Below, one piece after another: positions 53,201-64,000 of a stretch of DNA of 64,000 nt (positions are counted from its first letter, which is position 1; the number at the start of each line of letters is the position of its first letter). The stretch is from Bilabrum cf. latius (taxonomy: Eukaryota). Both the position numbers and the translations under genes were made by a program. Location of the stretch: the NCBI GenBank assembly GCA_965178125.1, contig OZ237740.1:558001-622000 (forward strand). The letters run 5' to 3'. The notes beneath the pieces were generated by a model. The model was not told the DNA's origin and did no database searches. It was given only the letters and a program-made list of their open reading frames with translations.

Positions 53201-55528
53201 CGTCACCAGTGCCTCGACCGTGGCTCGAGGCGGGTCCCCGCGGCCGAGCCTGCCAATGTAAACGATTTCACCAGAGAGTAGCAAACTAGACGCCTGGCCT
53301 CTAGCAGCCCCACGACCGCTTCCTGTCCCTTGCAGCAGGGCAGGCGCCACTTCACGTAACTTTCCAGCGGTTACTTTTCCAAACTCGCCGACAAAGTCCT
53401 TGGAATGCTCCTGGCCCTGTGAGACAAGCGCGAATGCAGCGTGCACGGGAAGAGGCTTGGCCCCCACGGCACATGCCATCAGCAGCTTAAGCGTGCGACG
53501 CACGTTCTCGCCGAGCACGACGTGCGTGACCCTTGGGTCCACCGCGTTGCTGAGCACAGCGGAGCCTGCCCTGTGCGCAGCTTCACCCACAGCAGTGCCC
53601 AAGTCTGGTAGGTGCGCAGTGGCAGCCAAAAGCGCCTCCGTCTCGAGCTACGCAAGCCCAGTGCTCGCGATCACCACACCGGCAGCATGTCCTGTGGATG
53701 AAGCAGACCTGGTGCTTCCAACAATGGACTGGCGCTTCGAGCGAGCTGGCTCTCTGCGCGTATTTCTTCCGCTACTATTTCTCTTGGCCCCGCTAGATGC
53801 CCCCCGTATTTCCACTCGCCTCTTCTTTGTCTTGCTGCCAGCTGTATATGCGCTGGACCCAGCTTGAATGCCGCCAGCCCTGACTGCCCTGCTGCTAGTA
53901 GCAGCAGTCCTCAGCATGGTCGCAATAGGCATAGCGTAGCACTCCTCGGACTCAGCCTCTGAGTCGGTGTTGCTGGAGGCAGCCGATTTAGGACTCCTTC
54001 GGCCAGCGACAGACGCTTCTGGTGACTTTCGACTCCTGCTCGCACTTGGCCTGGACCTCACAGCACGGTTCCTTGACGCAGCCTTCGCCGTGTCGGGAAC
54101 ATCGCCCTCGCTCTCGTTGGCCTCAGAGTCAGAATCGCTGACATCCATTGCCTGTAGGCCGTGGCGGACTACCTGCCACCCGGGCAGCGGAGAGCCAAGG
54201 GCAGACGAGGAAGCCAGTGCACGGGCAACGGCTGCATCGGATGCCTCCATCGCTGCACGGCGTCGGGGCCTCTGTCTCTGCCGAGATGAAACGGAGGCCA
54301 GGCCAGGACCGAAGGCATCAGAGTTTAATTCTCGGTCGTTGCTCGACTGCTGCTCTTCCAGGGTTTCCTTACTCTCTGCGTCAGCGCCGTTGCCCAACCC
54401 AGATGAGCTGTGCCTGCCTCTCGAAACGACAGATCGTCTCCGCTTGCGCCCTGCAACAGAGCCGCTGGTGCTGGATTTCAACGTCGAGTGAGATGCGGGT
54501 CGTTTCGGGTCGGTGCCTCTAGCGGGTGGTTGTCTACCGTTTGAAGCAGCTGTCTTCCCATTTGCCCGAGTGCTACAAGCAGCAGCGGAGGTACCATCAT
54601 CAGAGGGCGAGGAGGCTCTCCTTTTCTTTGAGCGGCTTCTGGGGGCCCTTGACCATGATTTGCCACTGGCCCTCTCCGATGGTGCCTTGGACCGGGAGCT
54701 CGAAGCACTTGCAGCGCCACCAGCCTGGGGCGAGCGAGCAGGTGCTCCGCTGCTCGGTTGCTTCGCTACCTCATTGCTGGCGGCTGCGGCCTAGCTGAAG
54801 CCAAGCTGGGTACCCGATGCACTTGACCCGAGCCACGACAACGCCTGCGCAGCCTGCTGCGCCCCCTGCGACAGGTCGTCAGGACGGAGGTTCGTAGCTT
54901 TCGATTTGGAGCCCTCGATGCCAAAGCCTGCCTTGCGACTGGCTCCTGCGCCAGGAGACACGGCAGCGGGCGACGATTCGGCGACCTGAAGTAGTGCAGC
55001 TGCCCCTGCCAAGCCGTGTTGCGTAAGAAATGGTGACTCCTCTGATTCTGGTTTCAACTTCGCCGCAGCCGCTGTGCCGGACGACCTTCTGCCATGCAAT
55101 CTCACGGGGCTTGATCGGAACTTAGGATCGTCTGGATCAGGCAAACCAGCTACGTCAACTTGAGACAAACCTACATTTGGAAATTTCGACTTCCTGGCCA
55201 AGGTTCTGGTTGAGCGGCCTGCCTTGCCAGATAGTGCCTGCGCGACCACGGCAAGTGGCAGGGAGTAGTCGTCCTCTTGACCGAGCACGCTAGTGCCTCT
55301 CTCAGTATCAGCGATGAATGCAGGAGTAACCAAAAAACCACTTCCACGCGGGTTGTTCTGGGCTCTACGGAGGACGCCCACGTCGCCGTCCTGCCAAATT
55401 ATGTGCGTGGCCGTCGTCGACGTTCGTGCGATACGCCCACCAAATCCTCGGATCTTGCGCTCCAGCTGCGAGTTCATCCGCTACCCATCGATATAAACAT
55501 CAACATAGAACGATTTACCGGTCAACAT
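50234..55528 (-). CDS. Microcephalin-like BRCT domain protein (~1764 aa)
   Basis: N-terminal BRCT (LTGKSFYVDV...FGGRI...ATHIIWQDG...LVTPAFI), a central tandem BRCT (VTHVVLGENVRRTLKLLMA; VTAAGG; EWLMHSL), and S/R/G-rich linkers. One frame with 8 TAGs; ends in TGA. Orthology to MCPH1 is an inference. Confidence 0.75.
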
Positions 55529-55623
55529 AGCAGACCAGACCACTCGAAACAAGAATGAAAGTTCGAATTCAAACAAATCAAATAACGATAAAGTGCACCT
55601 TACCACACTATCACTCTGGCGAA

Positions 55624-56796
55624 CAAGCCTATGCAATTTGGGGACACCAAATGTGTCCCCAAATCCCCAAACAAGCCTTTCCGAAAACAATTATTTGGGG
55701 TTTATTTGGGGACGGCCTGATTTGGCAGGAAACTATTATTTGGGGGTTATTTGGGGACGATCCAGGGGCGTCTCACTGGCCCTTCCGATCGGCAGGCCGA
55801 GGGGTAGCAGCGTGGTGGAGCTCCTTGCGATCCAATGCAGGACACTCGTGTGTGTGCCAGAACATCCGGGTACTGCTTCCTAAGCGCCTCATGGTACCGG
55901 CCATTGCCTACAGACAGCGTGGGTACACTTCCTAAAGACGACGAGTCCAGGGGGGACCCCCCAGCGCCCACCTTGGGGCGCCCTGGCACCGGCAGCCTAT
56001 ACTTGTGCCAACGCTCGCGTTCTTGCACGGGCAATGGTAGGCTCCCTAGGCCCTTGCTTGCCTTTCGAAGATGGCATGATACAATGGTAGATTAAAAATA
56101 GATCAGAGGGCCCCACCACTCTGTCTTGTCGCTGACGGCTGTACCGCTGCGTCCGACATCTGTGACTGCCGAATCTTCCGATGACGGCCTCTGGACTGGG
56201 AGAATGTATCCTCTCCTATTCTCCCAATCCAAGCCCTAGGCCTGAACCTCTCCGGGTCGCACCACCCCTTCCCACATTCCTGCCCTGTCTTTGCCCACCT
56301 GCCACCTTGCCCACCTCTCCCTCCATTTCCCACCCCCCTTTCTGACTCACCCCCATCATGCCACACGACTTGTCGACTTGCCCAAGCACTGCGCCCAGCG
56401 CGCAACCTCAGCCTCAAAGGCGCGAACCCCTGACGCACAGACTCAGTGCGCGACAGCTGACCTACCAAGCTCGCCGGGTACCCAAGAAAAGAGCAGCTGG
56501 CCCAGGCTTTCCGATGTAGGATCGTCAGTGATTTCACGCATCTGAATCGCCTTCGCCCTAGGAAAAGGAAAGCAAGTATACGTGGCATAAGTTGCATAGT
56601 CTAGGACGACGCAAGCATACCCGGGTCCCGGAATCCAGCTCCGGAATCCGGATTCCGGATCCAGTATATAAGTACACATTACTACCAAATAAATATAGAT
56701 TTAATACGTATATGAATGTAACGTGTATATATATCACTGTCCCCAAAAGCTTATTTGGGGATTATTTGGGGACGGTCCCCAAATTGCATAGGCTTG
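55624..56796. mobile_element. Non-autonomous DNA transposon (hAT-like), 1173 bp
   Basis: Perfect 22-bp TIRs (caagcctatgcaatttggggac 55624-55645; gtccccaaattgcataggcttg 56775-56796). 8-bp TSD ctggcgaa at 55616-55623 and 56797-56804. Subterminal ATTTGGGG repeats at both ends; no transposase seen. Confidence 0.9.
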
Positions 56797-56896
56797 CTGG
56801 CGAATCCCGTCCTCGGTGTGGCTGTCTCCGCTGGAGCCGTCCTGCTACTTCAAGCGCACGGCACGTGCAGGGAGACGACTGCGCTCCGCTGCCACG

Positions 56897-58657
56897 TTAC
56901 GGTCGATGAATGTTGCCGAGAGCCAGCCCTATAACCTCGCCTTCCCTGTCCCTTTCCAATACCACCTCCGCATCCATCGCCCACGTGGGGTAGCACTTCT
57001 CGTGCGAGCTGCCGAGCACCCACCCTCTGCACTTGGACATGAATTGGAGCAGCTTCTTGCCGGGACGGAGCAGCTTCGGGCCGTAGGTCAAGGACCACTT
57101 CAGCGCGGCGGCAGAGTGGGGATCTTGCAGCGTGATGTCGCCTTTTGCAATGGCATTTTGCCCGCTTTTCGGCAGATCGGTCAGCGAGCTCCTCTCTAGC
57201 AGCACGCGGAGGCCGTTCGCCACATTGTCGCCTAGCCTGCGAAGGCCAGTTCTAAGCAGATTGCTGTGTACCACCAGCTTGTTCTGCAGCCCCCCCTTCC
57301 GCTTTTTCTTCTTGTTTGTGCTCTTTCCCTGGATCCACCAGCACGGCGACAGCTCATCCTCTTTCAAAGTCTCGGCGTTGTTGATGTCAAGGTATAGGTC
57401 TGGCGAGGACGTGGCATCCTCGATCACGTGCTCCGCGATCTCGTCCAGCACGTGCTTCTTGACCGTCACCTTGTGGAAGATTGGCCCGCCCACCACCTGA
57501 TCTGACATGAGCCAGTTCACGTGCTGCTTCACCTTGTCCTTGACTGCCTCTCGCGCGCACTCCTTGGAAATGGGCATCATTGCCACGACGCTGGCCGGGA
57601 CGTGCTCCACGATTCGTAGCACGCTCTACAGTGTCCTCTGCACCTCCATCGTCATGGATGCAGTGGCATTACACCATGGCTTTTCGTCGCCTCGAATGCA
57701 GGTCTGTCTGCGCTTGTCGTTTGCTTCAGCGATGCTGCTCTACATATCCGCGAGGTAGCCAAGCACCTCTCGGCCCTACACCCCAACATGGCTTGCCGTA
57801 GCGAAGTTTGGGTCACACAGCCTCTGCAGCCTCCTAGGATTGTTCTTAGCAGCCTTGATGGTCGCACTTTCGCTCTGATGCTCGCACCACGCACTCGCCT
57901 ACGGGTAGTCCACGAGCTGGTACAGGATGTCGCTGGACTCCGCCACCGGCTCGATTACCTTGCTGAGCTGGTCACTCTCCGGAAGATTCGCACCAGAAAG
58001 AACCAAGCGTTTGCCAGGATACTTCAAGCGGGGGTGTAAGACTTCTGTCATGTCACTCAGGGAGTGCCACAAGTTTACCTCGTCCAGCAGCACAACGCCA
58101 CGAGGATGGGCATTCTCGAAGCTCGTCAGCTTGCTCAGAGCCCTCTGTTTCGAATATTCGCTGTTCATATCCCCTGCAGTCACCTAAAAGACACACGATG
58201 CTTTGACATTTATGTTTTCCTGCACGGAATTCTTGCGGGCGCAGCAAGCGATCTGATGTGGGCTGTTCGCAACCCTCTCATGCGTAAACAAGGCGCGACC
58301 CAGTGTTTCTGCCAGAAACGTCTTTCCCGTGCCTGTCATACCAAACATGACTATCGTTTGACCTTGCCCCTTCTACGCGTAGTCCCTCACTGCACTGGTA
58401 ACCAGGTTGTCAATAACAGGATCCTGGCACTTGATCGCGCTCTTTACCATCTCATAGATCTAGCCCATGCTTTCGTTGGGAATACAATTACATTCCACAT
58501 CCTCGCACCCGTTTGGCTGCTGCATGTCACCAGGTGACATGATAGGGGTGCTTGCATCGGCGAAAGCGTTCCACTCGAACCAGCCTGAAAACTTCGCAGA
58601 CAGAACCGGATTATGCAGGCAATGAATAGCCACTAGGAATAAAATTAAAGCTCTCAT
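56897..58657 (-). CDS. Secretory-pathway AAA+ ATPase (torsin-like), ~586 aa
   Basis: Signal peptide MRALILFLVAIHCLHNPVLS, Walker A IVMFGMTGTGKT (~58320-58355) and Walker B VVLLDE. One frame with 7 TAGs; ends in TAA. Confidence 0.7.
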
Positions 58658-58762
58658 TGGTGTTCAAAAGTTTAGAAACTGTGGTTCGCAAAGCCGCCAT
58701 CCACCGACTGCCGCGAATTGTAAGGTGGAAAATGTGACGATTCACAGACCCAACGGGACTTA

Positions 58763-61229
58763 TCACTGCCCGATCTGCAACAGAATACCTGCTCCACCGC
58801 CGTTTGCAATAGAACCCATCCCGCTACCCCCCATTCTCAACGAGGGCACGGCAGGCGGGGCCATCAACGCAAGCCCTAGCCTGATGGCTGGCACCCCTGC
58901 CAGGTACAGGAACAGCGCCAGGCAACTCGCCAGAGTGATGAAGATGATTCCCACCGCAGGTATCAGCTGCAACCCCGCCACCCCGATTGCAGCTGTTAGC
59001 CGTCCCATGAACTCCTTGAGAACTGCGATCACTGGCTGCACCAGTCCTGCCACCAGTGCCTTGCTTCCGCTTTGGCTGCTCTGCGCCAGCCTCTGCTCCT
59101 GGATGTACCACTCCACGCAAGGGTCCATCTCCACTTGTTCCCTGGCCGCTTTCCCCACGGTGCTCGACAGCGTGTTCATCATCTGCAGATCATAGGCCGC
59201 CGCTGCGGCGCTGCACCCCGTGGGGACCGACCGCTTGGAGGCCTGGATGTGCTCGACCACCTGCTTCCGCAGCGAGGACTGATATGCCTGCATGGCACCG
59301 CCCAAAAAGAGTCCAAACAGAGCAAGAACCGCGATGTTGCAGCTGGCAGAGCACACGGAACTCATGGCAGCCGCCGATGCAAGGCTCCCAGTCGGTGCGG
59401 GAGCAGGAACACCCCGGCCAGCACTCGCAAGTACTAGCTGGCCTCCAGCTGCGCCCTGGCCCGTGAATGGGACGATGCGTCCCTACCCGCCACCTGCAGG
59501 GTCAGCTGCATGTTCCCCGTATGCCGCCTTGACGCCACCTCCTCTTTCTTCACGGGGGGCATTTCTGGCTCCAGATGCTCGCGACCGAACCCACGTGAGG
59601 CTGCCAGCTCCCAGTTTGACGAGCCAAACAGTGAGAGGCAACACGACGTCGATCAGGAGGTGCAGCGCGGCCCCGGCGCACGCGAATGACAGCGAGATCG
59701 ACTCTGGGATACCCAAGCGGTGCACATGCTCTGCAATGGCCCTCACAGTGTTGGAGGCGAATCCCTTCAGCTGAGTGAAAGAGGTGCGCGACACGGGAGC
59801 CTCCACAGTCACCGTGGTGGCGGGGTTTGCGATGGCAGCCGAAACTGCGAGGGCGCCCGTGAGCTGGGTCAGCACGGCAAAATCCTTTTCGTGCATTCCT
59901 TTCGCGCTCGCTCGCAGCTCCGCCACGTCGGACGCATTCGTCCCTGGAACCGCTGCAGCCAGGCCGCCGGCACGGTACAAGGAGGCTAGCAACGGAGCAC
60001 CTGCTTGGTGGGGGATCCGGATGATGAGGCGGCCCTCGTCCAGCTCGTTCGGTGAAAGTCCAAGCTGCTCGAGGGTGTTCTTGAGACGCGATACCCGATC
60101 GGCGGCGCGAATCGCTGCGTCGCCGGTCGTGCCGTTCTCGCTGTCTACAAGCAGCATCCTCGACACGGCAGCAGACTGGAATTCGAACGAACTTTGCGCT
60201 CCTGCTCCGCACTCTGTTGCGCTTGATTGCTTGCTGGTCTCCTTCTTGTTCTGCTGTTGCAATGGTGCAATGTTCTCTGGCTCGCTGCTGTCCCCAGGGA
60301 GTGCGGGGACGGTGCAGAGACTGGAAGCGTCTGGGAATTGCTCTTCGATCACGCTCCCGCCAGCGATGGCAAGCAGTCTCGACCTCGGAGTCACAAATGC
60401 ATAGGACGACAGAAAGCACGGCTCGTCCGATGTCTGCTTAGCTTTCCCTACCTGACGCTGACACTTCACAGAGGTGCTCGATGCTTCGTCCACTGCCTCG
60501 TCAATGGCAGCCTGTTGGTTCCCATACAGGGCGGCCCCGGCGAGTTTCGCTGCTGCTACGGTTGGAAGGTGGTGGACAACATCGACCATCATCGCAGCCG
60601 AGCTAGCTGCGGTATCATCAGACTTTTCTACATCGAACTCTGCCTCCAAGATCCCGTTGGCCACGACATCCGGCCCAGCCCCATGGTCCTTTGCACCGAG
60701 ACTCGTACCCGTAGTGGCAACAACCGGCTGCCTTGGATCACTGTTGATACTTATAGGCGCATCGTCTGCGTGGATCTTTAAAAGTTTGGTTGTTTGGTTG
60801 TTTGGTGGCCGATATGGCGCTGTATGATCGTCGGGGAGGGGTGCAGTGTTTTGTCTCGTACTCAAATTCTTGTCATCGCGATGCAACGAAGGAATGCACG
60901 CATAAACCTGTACTGCTTACCTGATGTAGCGCTAGGCATAGAAGCAGCAGTAGCCAAGTCCCCATCAACCGGTTCCATGCGAAGAACGGGGACACCGTGT
61001 TCAACTTTGCGCGCATCGCCCTTGCGAATGTCCACAGGTTCGGTCCTCTTTTTAGAGAGAGATCGCCTCCGTGCTGCGAATGCGGAAGAGGTCTAACATT
61101 CGACCCAGATTTCATTTACATTGTCGAGATCCCAGAGCCACGAGGCAGGACTAGGTACAAGCACTCACCCTCTGCACCACTAGACAGCATGGCTGCAGCA
61201 GCAACTACAAGAAGAACTCGAAATGACAT
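58763..61229 (-). CDS. Unknown signal-peptide, multi-TM protein A; complement(join(58763..60765,60921..61073,61169..61229))
   Basis: Signal peptide MSFRVLLVVAAAAMLSSG, two phase-compatible GT-AG introns, C-terminal hydrophobic helices, and one TAG (59483); ends in TGA. Confidence 0.65.
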
Positions 61230-61370
61230 CTTGCAGCGTGGTGCTTTGAATCCGTTACGGTCAGGCTTGACGAGAGACGATCCACTCTGGCGGACCGCCG
61301 CGCCGCCGTGATGATGAGCGACATCATGGCAAATGCGATCTTCCCGCGTCGACGACTTATTTTGCCGCGA

Positions 61371-63301
61371 ATGCGTGCCATGCTTGCTTCAATGATCTTA
61401 TGCGTAAGATATTTCAACTTCTTTGCGCATGGTGACGCTCTATGTTTCTCTCAAGAGGTGTAGTCCTCGGCCCATCCACCTAGTTCTCATCACAGGCAAC
61501 CGCTGCTACAGCCTCAAGCATTCCAGATAGTCTGTCTCTGAATGTAGATGCGTCCAACTGCTTGCAAATGGCAACTAGAATTGGTCAGCCGTGCCTTGCA
61601 CACCACACACTGAACAACACAGGCGTCGCACCCGGGGGAAGCTTCTCGATCGACGCGAAGTCTGCTGCAGCGCAGTGGCCTATCCACGGCGGCGCTGTAC
61701 AACTAGTGGATCCAACTGTTATTAATGTACTCTAGAGATCCTTGGGAAGCACGAAAGGCTACGTTTCACTCGCACAGTCCAAGACAAAGAAGCGTCGCAG
61801 AGTTCTGCAACGCAACAGTGCAGATGCATCTTCTGCTAGTGGATGTGATGCGCTATTGAGGCGCATCTCCAGCCCAAGGAAAGGGGGCACGTTTTTAACT
61901 ACAGAGGACCTCGCGCATGGGAGTGCCTGTCTCGCGGGCAAGTTCGTTCTGGACGCATCAGGTGGGACGCAGTCTGCCGATTCCTCAGAAGCTGCGTACG
62001 CTCAGTTGCATCGGCCTGGCCCCGGCAGCATCATCATCAATGCGAGCAGAAGAGCAGCAGCCCCGATCATCGAGGTGATGTCCAGGCTTGCCCTTGTGGT
62101 GGACATGGACTCGGTGTCGGCCCAAGCGGATAGCAAAGTCAGCGCAAGCCACGACGAAGCCCCGGGCCGCGGGCGCGGAACCGAAGCAGAGTTTGTGGCT
62201 GCACTGGACGATACACTCGTAAACATTCAGCAATCGAGACACCACGGGCTGGTAGACCCGGACGATGTCCGATTCCGTGCGACCGCAGCGACTGCCTTCG
62301 CCATCGCTCAAGCACTCGCAGCACCAGACACGACGGTGACATTTCAGCCCGGCCGCGCCCAAGGCATCTCTCAAGCAATGCGTAGGCGCCAGCAGGACTC
62401 ATCGGCGCTCGGCTGGGAGCCCACCACTATGGATCTGGCGGTGTCAGCCTTCGTGTTTGTGGTGGTTCTCGCTGCAGCCCTTGAGGTGGCAGACATGGCA
62501 AGCATGTCATCCAAGGAACAGGACTACGCAAAGAAGCTGTACGACAATGGGGGCGTCCCAGCCCTCGCGATTAGCGTGCTGAGCACGGCGTCCCTGGTCG
62601 CGCTCTGCGTGCTTGTGTGCTCGGCGGTCTGGAGCGAGTACAGGATGAGCGTCAGCCGCCAGTTCGTCAAGCTGCTTGCAGAGAGGGCGGAAGGGGCCCC
62701 GTTCGGGTGCGGGGAAGACGCTTCCTGGATGGCTTCCATGGGCAGGGGCCTGGTTTCTGCGGTGACAACGACGTTCGGCGGCAAGGACGCGTGCTAGAGG
62801 TGGGCAGAGCTCATGACGACCGTGGATCTGAGGGATCACGTCGACTACGGATATGCTCTCGGGTAGGCGCTCGTGGGGCCGGCCGCCTCGGTGGCCGAGA
62901 CGCTAGTGCAGGGGGTTGTGGGGGTGGCGCTGTCCGTGGGCTTCCAGGCGACTCTCGTGGTGTGCCTTCTGGCCCTGATTCTGACCCTCAGCCTCAGCAT
63001 CGTGGTGCGGTTCGCGGGGCCAGTGCTCATCTAGGGCCGGCAGGAGGTGATGCAGGGGTTTGTGAACTTGCAGCAGAGTCGAATTGCACACGCAGAGCAC
63101 CAGCAGCGCCAGAGGCCCCATATGGGGGCGGTGGCAGCAACCGGGGTGGCAGCCAGTTCGGGTCAGGAACAGAACGCTCTGCAAGCGGTTACCGATGGCC
63201 ATGCAGCTGGTCTCATCCTACCAGGGGGCGGACAAGGCACGGGTGGAGCGAGTGCTGGCGTGACACCAAGCAGCAACGGCGAAGATGATGCGGAGGATTG
63301 A
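61371..63301 (+). CDS. Unknown signal-peptide, multi-TM protein B (paralogue of A); join(61371..61403,61496..63301)
   Basis: MRAMLASMILC|ATAATAS across a 92-bp GTAAGA...CACAG intron; 4 TAGs; ends in TGA. Shares motif blocks with protein A. Confidence 0.65.
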
Positions 63302-63415
63302 TGTTTGTGATGGGCACAGCTGTCACGCTGAGGACACCTAGAGATCGAGTCACGAACATGAAGGAACATTCGGTAGATAAGTGTCTTCCGCTGGCAAAGA
63401 GTAGATCTATGCGAC

Positions 63416-64000
63416 TTACTTGCGTTGGCGAGCCCGTGAACCCTTGCGAGACTTGATAGCACCTGTGCCACGCGAATCGCCCCGACCCCTCATGCGCACT
63501 GGGCCCTTGTTCTACATGTCTTTCGATACCTGACGACGCTTCTTCCTAGAGTGACTAGGGGGACCCGTACCTTTTGCAGGCTACAGCAAATCGCTCTCAC
63601 CCACTGACTCGCTCTGATCCTTTGACTCGTCTCTGTTGATGACCCCCCCTTTCTGACAGCCGTCCCCATGGGTATACCGCAGCACCACACCGACAATGAC
63701 CCCGACAACACCTGCAGCCACAGCCAGTGTCCACATCTGCATGTTTGATCCATACCTCCCCGCTTGCCCCGCTCCCACGTCATCCACTGCTTCCACCGGG
63801 GCCTTCCACACCTCGCACACATCACGCCCGCCACCGCAACCTTTCACATCCAGGTCAGCCAGAATCCCGCCCATGCCGCCCGCCGCCTCTCTCCACATCG
63901 ATGACACCTCTCCAGCCTCCATGCGCCCAAACATAGACATGCTGCCGTCAAACACGCGCTTCCTCCCACGCACCACCGGCAGCAATCGGCTGTCCACCAT
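63416..64000 (-). CDS. 3' end of a single-pass membrane protein (5'-partial)
   Basis: TM segment WTLAVAAGVVGVIVGVVL, then a basic tail across two TAGs to TAA 63416-63418. Confidence 0.55.

Overview
Gene-dense, GC-rich eukaryotic nuclear DNA from a flagellated protist. It has spliceosomal GT-AG introns and an IFT38/CLUAP1 gene; the taxon cannot be fixed from this window. The ORF track looks fragmented because the organism appears to use a non-standard nuclear genetic code in which TAG is a sense codon, almost certainly Gln, while TAA and TGA remain stops. Reading TAG as sense joins the fragments into 21 coherent gene models. By my manual tally these carry over 100 in-frame TAGs and no in-frame TAA or TGA, and they end in TGA (15) or TAA (6). 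TAG sits at conserved Gln positions (kinesin FAYG*SGSGKS, DBP2 *IRPDRQTLMWSAT), aligns with CAG/CAA in paralogues and repeats, and lies inside a poly-Q run. Recognisable genes: JmjC/cupin protein, DPH4, CLUAP1, CLU+TPR protein, DBP2 helicase, GT10 fucosyltransferase-like protein, ankyrin protein, hexokinase-like protein, acetyl-CoA synthetase, kinesin, two convergent hybrid histidine kinases sharing a 508-bp inverted repeat, a microcephalin-like BRCT protein, a torsin-like AAA+ ATPase and a head-to-head pair of unknown membrane paralogues. There is also a 1173-bp non-autonomous DNA transposon with 22-bp TIRs and an 8-bp TSD. All models were read by hand, so start codons and splice sites need RNA confirmation.
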